From Oopsacas minuta (lineage: Eukaryota > Animalia > Porifera), in contig JAKMXF010000330.1 of the NCBI GenBank assembly GCA_024704765.1, positions 1 to 64,000 on the forward strand: a stretch of 64,000 nt of DNA. The letters run 5' to 3'. Of this stretch, positions 1 through 11,614 are shown one piece after another. The notes beneath the pieces were generated by a model, which saw only the letters and a list, made by a program, of their open reading frames with translations, had not been told where the DNA came from and did no database searches. The stretch's first letter is position 1. Every line of letters begins with the position of its first letter. A program made the position numbers and the translations under genes.

Positions 1-302
1 TTGTTTATATGAATTATGGGTGATCAAAATGTGATTACTAAATATTGCTCTGATGATGTGTATTTGACAGGATATAAGTAATCATGGTATATTCACATGT
101 GCTTATATTGATGTAAATACACTAGCGGATATATTTCTAGACCATGCAGTTGAAATAGCCAATTTCGTGCATTGTAGGCGATTAATGGATATTCTGCTCA
201 ACTGTGTATTGATAAATTTTAGAACGACATATACCTAAACAAGACCAATGCTCAAACCAGTAAAACAATAAACTAGTAATACAGTATAATACACACATGC
301 AG

Positions 303-884
303 TTAATTGTCTGATTGAGGAGGTTTCAACTGATTGGTAAGATTATCAATATCATCTAACAATTCGTTAATACGAGTAATAAGAGACTTTTTCTTATCTT
401 TAAATGCTGTATCTTTAGCACTGACCTGAATAGAATCCAATCTCTCTACCATATTCATACACTGTCCACTTATAACACGAAGAGACTTCAGATGCTCTAT
501 ATTAGCTGAGGTGTGTAGGTGTTTAGGAAGAAACTCTCCCATTACTCCCTCAACAGTATCACACACATCAGCATATTTGGCACATTGCTGTATTAATTGA
601 TCAGATATGTCTAATAGCAATTTCTCATGTTCTCCACTAACAACTACAGGCTCTCCCACTAACATTAATTTAGTTTTAGGCTTAAAATTTAGTGATTGAA
701 TAGATACATCTGGATCTGATAGGAGCTTCCCCTTATAGATTATTTTCTGTCTATCAACAGGTATAGATAATGAATCCCAGATGTGTTGTTTTAGATCTTT
801 CACTTGCCAATCTTCTCCTAATTCAACTTTGTGTGTATCCAGGCCGTACTGTAGCTTAATACATGCAGGAAATGACGTAGCCAT
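303..884 (-). CDS. BAG1: BAG family co-chaperone (ubiquitin-like + BAG domain), single exon, 193 aa
   Basis: N-terminal UBL (VKDLKQHI...IPVDRQKIIYKGKLL) and C-terminal BAG helices (LDSIQV...KDKKKSLITRINELLDDID). Confidence 0.85.
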   Translation of the reverse strand: MATSFPACIKLQYGLDTHKVELGEDWQVKDLKQHIWDSLSIPVDRQKIIYKGKLLSDPDVSIQSLNFKPKTKLMLVGEPVVVSGEHEKLLLDISDQLIQQCAKYADVCDTVEGVMGEFLPKHLHTSANIEHLKSLRVISGQCMNMVERLDSIQVSAKDTAFKDKKKSLITRINELLDDIDNLTNQLKPPQSDN

Positions 885-980
885 CTAGTGATGTGTAAAA
901 GTATATTGAGTAATTGATAAATATATTAAGTTCCTCAAAAGAAATAGTGATACGGAGGATCGAGGTATAATATCATAACT

Positions 981-1362
981 GCTATAATCGGGCATAAGTA
1001 TTGTGAGATAATTGACCGCACGATCACGATCGAGACCTATTTTTGACGATTGAAGGATGATCGCTGATCCTTTTTCCTGAAAAATTTTCGATCGTTTTAG
1101 GAAGACAGAATATGAAAATTTGCGAATCTAGACCCCAAAATGTATATATACATATATGTACTAATTTTGATAGCAATCGGACTGGTATTTTTCGCATGGC
1201 AGCGAGATTGAACGAACGTGAGAGAAGATCTACCTATAGGAGGTGCTTATAAATTTCAGAAAAGTGATCGGGAAATGATCTTGAATATGATCGCGATCCT
1301 TTTTTAATGAACGATCGTGATTCCGATCATTAATTTTGAGATCGACTAATGCCGTATATAGC
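981..1362. mobile_element. Degenerate GATC(G)-rich MITE-like element
   Basis: Imperfect inverted ends gctataatcgggcataagt / actaatgccgtatatagc; internal atcacgatcg / cgatcgtgat; many GATC words. Confidence 0.4.
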
Positions 1363-1781
1363 AGTATGGTAGTAACCTGTATATGTTAACTGTGTAACAT
1401 GTAAATAAGCACCATATTTGGTAGTTATTTTAACTGTGAAATATTTGATAAGGAATTTATATTAGTATTGTGCATTTGATATATCACATTTCGAACGTGA
1501 TAATTTGTCCACATGCGGATGGAAATATTAGAGCTAGTAAATGTATAAATTACACTTAAAAGAATTGTCTACTAATACTAAAAAGTTTCTACTTGAACCT
1601 TTGGGGTCTATTTCTACTTCTAACCGACAAGCTTCTAACATACCTATTACCTCTTAGTATCACTAAGCAGAAATATTAATATACGGATCAATGGTTATTA
1701 ATTGAAGAACCAAATACACATTCTGATATTTACTCTAGGTTATAAATATAAAACACATGCATATATTGCTCAGATAAGACA

Positions 1782-3797
1782 CTAAGTTGAAACTTTTGGT
1801 TGATCGAAGCTATTAGTACGCCCTTGAGGTAGTTTTGACTTTTCTTTTGATTTATCTCTCTCTTGACAAGACCCTACAAACCCTCCTACTTTGTGTTGAT
1901 AGAATAGAAGGTATCCACACTGATCATTTGTCTTCTGATGATCTGAACTACGTCCAAAGTACGTTTCTATATAAACAGGCATTAAGCTTGTAGGTATTTG
2001 TTGGGAATTATTTTCAATTCCCAAGTTAAGTGCTATAATGGCTAACAAATTACAGTAAATATGAATTCAATTTGTAGCTTACCAAAACTTGTATTAGGAT
2101 CAATAGCTGTGATTCTGTCGTCATCATAGACTAACCAGAATCCCATTAGAGTTTTCGCGACGGTTACATAATGTCCCTGGTTAGGACTGGGACCACAGTG
2201 CACCACAACAGAGAATAGCTCATATATCTGTCCCTCTCCCCCTGCTTCCTCCTCCTTAGTAGTGAGACGCAGTTCTTTAGGAAACACTATACGGTACCCT
2301 AGCTTTGTGTGACGCAATAGAAGCTCGTCGAATTTGAAACGTTTTAAGTGAAGAGCTAATGTAGAGGGATAACTTTTTACCTAATAAAATCAAAAATTAA
2401 TATTTTTGTTAAATTGTTTCTTCAAAAAACATTCATCAAAGAAATTTCTCAGTATAAAGACAGGAAACCTCCGAGCCACGGCATCAGAGGGAATAACCGA
2501 ATAACCACTTGTGCGGATTTCAAGGTACTGCTTTCGGAAATTTACCAGCGATAAAATCCATAATAATTTTCTTATTAAATCAGATAACAAAACTCATTCC
2601 TGAGTATTAAATTCAAATGTACGTACTATATGATTTATAATTAGGAATAAATTCCTTCAGAGATGATGTTTCTCATCAATTGTATATTCGTAAGTATTCT
2701 ACAATTAAATTAATAATAAATTGATATACTCCTCACCCTGAGTCTCTTAGTGCCCTCTGTTTTGCCGCCGCACTCCTCACAGTTTAACTTACAAGTACCA
2801 GTGAGAGTCTCAGAGGATGAGAAGTCATTAAGACAAGCTGTGATAGAAGTGTTCTGCTCTATGTCAACTGATATATCAATAAAATCCTCATCCTTACTCT
2901 TCACAGTCTCACAGGTAAGACACTTTGTTTCATTCGTTAAAGTACCTACAAGAACACAAAATAATAAATTATGACAATAATCTTGGGTGATGAATTTTGT
3001 CAACTTAGTTCAATTTCTTTGACATTTTCGTTGTTATTGTGAGGTGCTATAAATGAAAAGACTTATTAACTACCCTGGAATATCTCTTGTACCCAAGTTA
3101 GAGGAGCAGGATCTTTGTGACTACCAGAACTAGAATCATCACTGTCTTCTGACAATTCAGCTCGTAAAATCTCAGAGATACGATTCAGTAGGAAGTTTAG
3201 CATTTCCTGAGCATCTTGTTGATTGTAATTATCAAACACTGGGTACTCTCGTTTTAGCTGAGCAACAAATTTCTTTGGATTAATATATCCTACAACAAAA
3301 TTATAAGCGATAACATAGCTTTAGAAATATATTGAAAGGTGTTAACATGTATTATATTTCACAGGATCGTTCGGACGGATGTCATATATCGTTCGCTCTG
3401 AAAGGACATCTCCCTATAGGTATATGAACTAGGAGTAGAGCTATTATGTATCTGCAGTATGTTATTTCTCCAAAAATGCTAACCTAATGAATGTCTCTAC
3501 ACAAACTATTTAGTAGCGAGTAAACTCACCCTGTCTGTTCTTATGGTTATGAATCTGATTGAACAAATCTCGAAGTGCAGTCAGAACATTCTCAGAACAG
3601 TCAGGATTAGGTTGATATTCTAGAACTTTATCCCTGAATGGAATACAATAGTACAGAGCTTGTAGCACTGAGTTGATATAGCATGTATTAGCTACATTAT
3701 ACAGACCGAAAAACTTCTCATTTGTGTCTGTGACAGGAATGCTGTTAGAAGTGGAAAGGAACTTAGCCGAGAAGAAGTCTCCCTGGATATTTCCCAT
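1782..3797 (-). CDS. USP46: Ubiquitin C-terminal hydrolase, USP12/USP46-like; exons 3530-3797, 3074-3289, 2737-2945, 2083-2380, 1782-1966
   Basis: Cys box [34 protein letters not shown], His box [15 protein letters not shown], terminal GYLLFYQ. All four introns are GT-AG and phase-consistent. USP12 vs USP46 cannot be resolved. Confidence 0.9.
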
Positions 3798-3962
3798 TAA
3801 TCTTATATAATCTGATTAAATCTATTGAACAAACTTAAGGTAATTCAAATGGGCAAGTCCAAAAGAGTTTCTATGTATTAATGGTTATTCTATTTCAACC
3901 CCTGGTAAGGCTACTGAATATGTAAAATGTAAGTGATGTAATGCTGGGAAATTTAATGTCAT

Positions 3963-4315
3963 GACTAGCGAGCTTCGCTTTGCTCGCGCTATGCGGTTGC
4001 GAACACTTCGTGTCTGCATTCGGGCCTACGGCCCTCGAGTGTATATACATCCACCCTAGCTCTCTACTTCGTTTGTAAGGGTGCTTACTTACATGAGTGG
4101 TAGTTAGCGCAGTTGTGTTGCTTATCACACCAAATTGGTTGTAGATTCAGTCTACTTTAGGCAGCAAAACATGTTCGTGATAGAGGCTTAATCCGTTAGT
4201 ACTTACCAATGAAGGAAAATAGGATGGGATAGTAGACAAATGAATGTAAAATAGTAGACAAAATGAATGTTTACAATATCATATTCGGAACCAGCATACT
4301 CGATTACCCCAGTAC
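3963..4315. repeat. Hairpin-capped repeat fragment related to the 54066-54591 foldback
   Basis: Tandem hairpins gcgagc/gctcgc and gggcc/ggccc; tactcgattaccccagta near 4298-4315 is shared with about 54319-54336. Confidence 0.5.
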
Positions 4316-5514
4316 AATGTTGTTTTGTTATTGTTATGTTGTGTAATATTAGGTTCTGGACTTTATGAACTGAATCTATATGCTTTCTATATGGCAGCGT
4401 GACAGACAAGCAGACACACACAAATTAAGATTTAATTCAGTTTGCCTCTTACCACGCTAGAGCCTATAGCCAAAGATTTGTAAGAATATTTTGTTGTAGG
4501 ATAATTCGATAATTACCAAAATAAATACAAATTTAGGAATAAGATATGTGTCAAATTTCGCGGCCCATTTTAGGACATTTGACTATAGTATTTCGAATTG
4601 AGCGGTCTCCTATTTAACAGACTCTGAGATTCTGATAAATTGGTATCATCAGCAACTCAGTAATATAATTAATTGCAAAAAAAGTAGATTTTAAACTGAC
4701 ATATTCAAAATGAAGCCATAACCGAATTAGTTCTGTAACATGGCAGTTAACACATCTGTTATTATTGATTGATACTAGTTCTACTAGACTTCTTAAGCAA
4801 TAAGCTGTATACTACCACCACTGCAAATACAAGTTTAATGAGTTTAGTTAATTCGAGCTTGAGTATGAGAAATGCCATAAGGCCACCAAAAGTAATTTCG
4901 GTTTGTCATTCCTATCCACAAATTATTTCGCATCTAACATTCATTACTAAATTTAATGCACTGTTTACTCTGATTAACTGGACACTGGTTATTGAGGAAA
5001 ACGCTTAATTGGGGACCTATTCCAGGAAGGATTCATACCTCAACGATAGAGGATACTAAAACCTTCGGTGGTTAATCGAGAATTCCAATTAATTGAGACT
5101 ACGTAATAGCCTGGAATCAACGAATTATTCATTGGTACTAAGAATTTTGATATTTCTATGCTAGATTTGAGGATTACTTGGAAAACTTTGGGTTCAAGTC
5201 CTCCAGTAATCTGAAGACATTACACCATACATACCCATACGAGTAGTTCATACTGCCTGGCTACCCTAGGTAAGTACAGCTACAGGTCAGCTTTTTAAAT
5301 AACCCCAGCAGATAATAGTAACGAAATAAGAGAAATATAACAATCCATAATCACCTGTGAAAGCAGTTTCTACACATACACATACAGTAACGTTAGAAGC
5401 ATACAATAACAACTATAGACTAACAACACAAAATATATGTACCTCGAATAATATTCAATGTTAGAGGCAGACTAATTAGATAATTAAATGCATTCACAGT
5501 AACTTTGATGCGTA

Positions 5515-5985
5515 TTATCTTGTGGTCAAAATCAAAGCAACAATCAGACCATATAACCCCAGTACTTCTGCGAAGATGAGGATTAGAAGCATTCCAACGA
5601 ACAACTTTGGTTGCTGGGCAATACCTCTTACTCCTGAGTCTCCGACAATCCCAATAGCGAAGCCAGCTGCTAGTCCACTGAACCCGACACATAGTCCTGC
5701 TCCCAACCCCAGGAAACTCTTGAAGAGTGACATATCCTGAGTCAGACTAGAGGCGATCAATACAGAAACTACCAGTCCGTATATGGCAACAATACCAGCC
5801 ATAACGACTGGGACAACTGATTTAATTATCAGGTCAGGTCGCATCACGGCCATAGCCGCAATACCTGTACCGCTCTTGGCTGTTCCGTATGCTGCTCCCA
5901 TGGCGGTGAAGATCATAGCTGCTGAGGCACCCATCACGCCAAAGAATGGGGCGTATACTGGATTATCAGTACTAGCTGAACTCAT
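5515..5985 (-). CDS. ATP6V0C: V-type ATPase 16 kDa proteolipid subunit c, intronless, 156 aa
   Basis: Four hydrophobic helices; [21 protein letters not shown]; [20 protein letters not shown] with the proton-binding Glu. Confidence 0.98.
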   Translation of the reverse strand: MSSASTDNPVYAPFFGVMGASAAMIFTAMGAAYGTAKSGTGIAAMAVMRPDLIIKSVVPVVMAGIVAIYGLVVSVLIASSLTQDMSLFKSFLGLGAGLCVGFSGLAAGFAIGIVGDSGVRGIAQQPKLFVGMLLILIFAEVLGLYGLIVALILTTR

Positions 5986-6570
5986 CTCTACTCAAATGTG
6001 CGTTGATTGAAACTGAAATAAAATAAAGTATAATTTGTATCCTAAACAGTCAATTAACCTATAAATAAAGATTTAGTTATTTCCAATATTTTATAGGTTA
6101 TAGATATAACTGAGCAGATGCACTCCATCCAAACAATGGAACTCATAAGAAATAATGAGAAGACTACTGAATAATATAGCGAAGTATGATGGTGAGAAAT
6201 AGGGATTCTTATGATAGAAGTTTATATATTTCAATTCCCTGTCTTGATAATAGACATGAAGCCTAATGGTACAACCACCTGTTGATTGATGCTGCTTAGC
6301 TTAGAATCGATATGTGATTGAGCTCGAGTATTATAGCTGATGTTAATTCAAGTACAGGTTTTGTAAATGGTAGGTACGAACTAAGGGAAAGCGATAACCA
6401 TCTTGTCTGTCCGTGTATATATATGTACAATGGTTAATTATAGACCATGTTGTATTTATATGATTCGAAATCGGGAGAGTATGAGCTAATAATAGCGGTA
6501 TTACACAATTTGGCTCAGTATGGCAGCCATAAATCCATTGATATGTCTTTATAGAAGTGATAGCCTTGTA

Positions 6571-7209
6571 CAGTAAACATTGGATTTAACGACACTCGTT
6601 TGGACAGGCAAAAAAGGTCGTTATATCCGATTTGTCGCTAAATCCGAGGAAGCTTGAAATATGCATTATATACCGGATGACACCCAAATTTATTCATGTT
6701 ATACACTGTAGTATATTATGTTTTTGTATTCTCGTCATGTTGTATTATCTGCATCAAGCTCCTTCAAAATTTCGTATTTTTTAGCAAAAGAAAAGTGCTT
6801 CCTTTTGCCAACTCCGCTCGAATCCATGAAGATAAAATTTTAGCATTACATTGGACTACAATAGCTTTAAATATGCATTTTCGTAAGAAGCCAGTTGCTG
6901 TTGATTCAAAACAGGGGAGATTTTAATTGCTATATAATTAAAGCAATTATTATATCTTAATAATTCACTAATTAGTACACTTTTCTGAAGTCAACGGTAC
7001 AGACAGCCCAAAAGTCGTAATATCTGATGGGATTTGCATGGAGCAGACACAGAAAATATGTCGCTAAATTCAATTTGTCGTATCTGACAGGTCGTTATAC
7101 CCGAGGTATGGTGTGTGCAGAATAATGCTGCGAGATTCTGGGTAAGCAAAATGAGTCGTTATAAGCGATTTGTCGTTAAAGCCGATGTCGTTAAATCCAA
7201 TGTTTACTG
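6571..7209. mobile_element. Tc1/mariner(pogo)-type MITE
   Basis: Perfect 24-bp TIR cagtaaacattggatttaacgaca / tgtcgttaaatccaatgtttactg flanked by TA on both sides; non-coding. Confidence 0.9.
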
Positions 7210-7379
7210 TAATACAGTATCCTAATTCCCTAAATTGAGAACTCGAACAGTCTCTCATTTTTACTTTTCGCCGAAAACTATGCTCACACTATGTAAATGG
7301 GAAACGTAAATATCGAAATAAACCTCTATTGAAAAGTTATAATTTTAAAGCTCAGTAGCCTGAATTTCAGCGAATATAT

Positions 7380-7484
7380 ATACTATAACCTCTCGTTATA
7401 TCGAATAAGTAACATAATTTCCATCGCTTATATCGAAGAAATTATCGCGGTCCTTGAGCTTCAATATCACGGGAGTTTAATGTA
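7380..7484. mobile_element. Short degenerate TA-flanked MITE
   Basis: Imperfect inverted ends tactataacctctcgttatatcga / tcaatatcacgggagtttaatgta. Confidence 0.45.
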
Positions 7485-8143
7485 CGTAATATATATCTAA
7501 GAGTGTATCGTAATGTAAATGCATAGTCTGGGCGTGCGGAAATTAAAATGCCTTCTGGATTGATTCTGATTAATGTAAGGAACAAGTTAAGAAGTAAATG
7601 AAATTAGTAGTTTACTTACCTGATTAAAATTAGAAATTTAGAATTTAAGATGTACTTATTGAATGGAAGAGAAACTACAGCTATAAATACGGTATCAAAT
7701 GACTGATTAAGATGATAAGTAATGCATAATCAGAAATCATTATACGTAATAAATGGATACACAGATTGGATGTCACGCGGTTTTAAATAGACACAAATGT
7801 ATTATAATTAAGTGTACTCTACCACGATAATACAAACAAATTACTCGTTATTGTGTCACGGAATAGAGCATTTACGTGACTGCTCTGTTAGATTTAGTGA
7901 GAGATTTAATGTGACGAAATTACTCAAGGATAATCATAAAATTAAATTAATGCTAATATTAGAATAAATCTGAGCTCGTGAATAAATTTAATATGTAAAT
8001 AAGTGTAAAGTATGAGGTAAATTGGAGCATGAGGACAGAAGAGTTTAGGTTGTTAGATTAGGTATTGTCGGTCCTATTCGAGGATAATAGACAAGTGCCC
8101 AGTGCTGCTAAAATAATTCATTTCCTGGAGAATAAATAATATA

Positions 8144-8315
8144 CAGTCGAGTCTTCCAAAACGGACACTCCGAGAAGCGGACAATCCCTCTACAACAGAC
8201 AAGCCTCTTGGAACGGAATGAATTCGCAATCATATATGCAATACTTCTGTAGTCTCCGAGAAGCGGGCAACTCCCTAAAACGGACAGCAGTGATGTACCA
8301 ACGGGGACCCTACTG
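8144..8315. mobile_element. Short TA-flanked MITE adjacent to the large foldback
   Basis: tacagtcgagtc ... gaccctactgta imperfect TIR; internal direct repeat ctccgagaagcgg twice. Confidence 0.6.
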
Positions 8316-8323
8316 TATATATA

Positions 8324-9235
8324 CAGTCAGGGGACAAAAGTATTCGAACACACAAATATATTGTCATAAATTGTATACTCTTTCCCGCTCCTATATATTG
8401 TGTAGTCTATATTCGTAGCTGCTATCTAGTAATTTGTATAGAATAACATATTTTTTCAAGAATTTCAAAAAAATATTTTCGATTTACACTTTTTGAAGGT
8501 GTTAATTATAATAATTATTAGATAATTATTGATAATCAAAATATGTGGTAATTCAAAGCCTATTAAGAATCTATAATTTCTGACTTGATATTTGAATTCT
8601 ACGTAGGCGAGTTACCCCAGATTGAAATTTCCAATCGGATTGAACAATTTTTACCAGAGTTATAAAAGAATTTCAATTTGTCCCACTTGTGCCACTTTTT
8701 GAAAAAGTGGAACAGGTGGCAAGAAAAGCGCCACTACAAGGAAATCAACTAGGGTTAGGAGGGATAAGTCGAAGTAATATTTTCGAATGATATGACTATG
8801 CTAACCCTTGAATGCCAAAATAACCTCTTGGTAGCGGCCACTTGTGCCACCTTGGGCAAAAGGTGGTACAAATGGCACAAATTGAACTTCATCTATAACT
8901 CTGGTAAAAATTGTTCAATCCGATTGGAAATTTCAATCTGGGGTAACTCGCCTACGTAGAATTCAAATATCAAGTCAGAAATTATAGATTCTTAATAGGC
9001 TTTGAATTACCACATATTTTGATTATCAATAATTATCTAATAATTATTATAATTAACACCTTCAAAAAGTGTAAATCGAAAATATTTTTTTGAAATTCTT
9101 GAAAAACATATGTTATTCTATACAAATTACTAGATAGCAGCTACGAATATAGACTACACAATATATAGGAGCGGGAAAGAGTATACAATTTATGACAATA
9201 TATTTGTGTGTTCGAATACTTTTGTCCCCTGACTG
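8324..9235. mobile_element. Foldback (long-TIR) Tc1-like non-autonomous element
   Basis: About 340-bp arms (8324-8664 vs 8894-9235) near-perfectly inverted (1 substitution and 1 indel seen); termini cagtcaggggacaaaagtatt; TA flanks. Confidence 0.95.
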
Positions 9236-9935
9236 TAATATATATATATGCTAGAACTTTTGAAGTTATAACCAAACCATAGATAGTGAGCTATTGACAA
9301 CAAATAATTTGTAACACTCCTCATAGAAATAATGTTTGTACATATCGCGGAGGTTATGAAGACAAAATAATTTTGTCGATGATGGGTCGATGGGAAATGC
9401 AGTCGGAGGCCCTTTTCTATCCTGACGATATAACAATTGGAACCAAATATTGATAATTATTTTGAGTTACAAGCGAAAGTTGTAAAATTAACATTCAGAC
9501 GAGAAATAGGAATAAGTGTTAACGGTGTTAGTAATTTTCAATATTTGATGCACTATAAATATCATGATCGTATTCTACACACAAGAGATTAAAACATAAT
9601 CTCTAGCATATTTCAGTATAAAAACGTCCGTAAGCCTGAGTCTCCCCTACTCATTGAGGTAATACATGCCTGAATACCGTATATTTTAATGTGTATAGTT
9701 ACCTGAACATCTGACAAATATGCACTATAGAACCCATGTAGACTAGGCAGGTATACAATACTGAATATTCTAAGCTAGAACTCATAGGGTGGGTACACTT
9801 CTGGAGTGCTATAAGCTTGTGAATCGTGCTAGTACTGTGATAATCCGTGATTGTGTATGATAAGTAAACATATAGTAGAATATATATAAACATAATTAAT
9901 TGGTACAAATATATGATTAAACTAGAGAAACATAG

Positions 9936-10781
9936 CTATACCAACTCTATTATCTCTCCCTCTTCTATTTGTATGACGTCATCACAATCAGGTATCACAA
10001 TTGTCTCAGTATCTGCGACGTAATTAATGGTTGGTATTTCAATTACCTCAGTCGATGTGACGTCATTATTAGCTAGTGTTTGACTTGTAGGTAAATGTCT
10101 CCTCCTGTATTGAACCAAACGATCATAGTGTTTTATTCTATATATAGATTGTGCGAAATTCCTCACTTCGTGCAAGAAGTGTGTAGCAAACCTTCCAATA
10201 TACGGCTTGAGATATCCATTAACTGTCTCCGAGGTTATAGCATGTGCCTTAAACTTGTTGATAAGATTCTGCTCCAATTGTTTAGCAAGTAGGCTAGGCA
10301 AGAAGAGACGGAGATCTCTGTGCATGAAAGGTACCAGCTGGTGCAGAGCTGCAGGATTCTGTCTGTAGAATTCAGGGCTGGTATCCTTTATACGGACTAA
10401 TCCATCTGTCCATACTAGAGGTTTGGAATACAGACGTCTCAGATAAACATTCCTCCTGGCATTCCTCATTAGCCTCCTGTCCTCTCGCCTCCTGGCACTC
10501 CTCGTGAGGAGTACCTGTACCTCTTCCCCTGCCCTTTCCTCTGGCTCTCTCTCCGAGTGATCAGCTGGTAGGATCACAGGCTCACAGGTTCCTCTATGAC
10601 GTACAGTAGAGAATGGAGTTCTACATACAGCACATCTAGATAATGAGAAAGTTTCTGCTGCTATTATAATACATTCAAAGCAGAATACATGTAGACAGGG
10701 GAGAGTAGCAGGATCCTCTATTGGATCTAGACATATCACACATGGATCTGTTCCTACATGATGGGTCTCTTCATCACACAT
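9936..10781 (-). CDS. TOPORS: TOPORS-like RING E3 ligase, intronless, 281 aa
   Basis: C3HC4 RING (CVICLD...PCLHVFCFECI...CAVCR) plus the TOPORS-type block DTSPEFYRQNPAALHQLVPFMHRDL...FATHFLHEVRNFAQS. Confidence 0.8.
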   Translation of the reverse strand: MCDEETHHVGTDPCVICLDPIEDPATLPCLHVFCFECIIIAAETFSLSRCAVCRTPFSTVRHRGTCEPVILPADHSEREPEERAGEEVQVLLTRSARRREDRRLMRNARRNVYLRRLYSKPLVWTDGLVRIKDTSPEFYRQNPAALHQLVPFMHRDLRLFLPSLLAKQLEQNLINKFKAHAITSETVNGYLKPYIGRFATHFLHEVRNFAQSIYRIKHYDRLVQYRRRHLPTSQTLANNDVTSTEVIEIPTINYVADTETIVIPDCDDVIQIEEGEIIELV

Positions 10782-11614
10782 AATTATATATTGCTAGACG
10801 TAGTATCGTAATAGAGACAATTATTATGTATCTATAGTGACTATGATGTAATAAAGTAATTTATTATCTACCTCTAGTTAATTATTTATCAGATCATCTT
10901 ATGGTATATTACAATTGTTATCGACTGGGGGAGGCAGTGGCGGCAATATTGACTCAACCTCGCAAATTTCCAGTTTTGAATTAATTTTATTACTAGAGAG
11001 GAATTAAATAGAGCAGTTGGGTATTAATATCACTATTTACGTATAGAAATGTGACCTAATATTCTATAGATGATCATGAATAATCTCGGAGGTATGGTGT
11101 GTGCAGACCACTTTTTGAAACAATGCGCCACCACTGGGAGGCATTGAATTTTTGGGCAATTTTTATTCCCAGCTGGGTGTGAGGGGAGCTATAATCCCCT
11201 GATATAAGTTTGTACTTAATTGATCTAGAATCTTCTAATTTGCATATTTCTTGTGATTCCAGGAAATGACTGAACTGATACAAATATCTTCTTAAGGACT
11301 AAGCCTCCCATGACCAATCTATAATACGTCAGCAGTATTAGGCTTAACACAATATATCCTCCAAAGATTAACTATTCCAATAAATATAATTTACAAGTGA
11401 GTTCAATTAAATATTACCTAATAAACAGTATTTAGTACTCAAGCTGTGATTGAGAATTAAAGTAATCAAAATAAGCATTTATAAGGAGAGTGCCAGTCAG
11501 ATGGCTAAGAGTAAAACGGTACTCGTAATTAACAAGGTGCAGGCTCCAGTTGTACGTAGAGTGGGAGATTCCCAACAACATCACTAATCTATTCAAATCT
11601 ATAAAAGAATGATA

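Noticed and set aside
5420-6010. ORFs 5420-5692, 5522-5740, 5783-6010
   Set aside because: Alternate-frame or antisense shadows of ATP6V0C. The same applies to shadows over DBF4, TOPORS, ABL, FUOM, the hAT transposase, SNX and the NHL gene.
11074-11283. 69-aa ORF between TOPORS and DBF4
   Set aside because: Non-ATG start, no splice context, no family motif.
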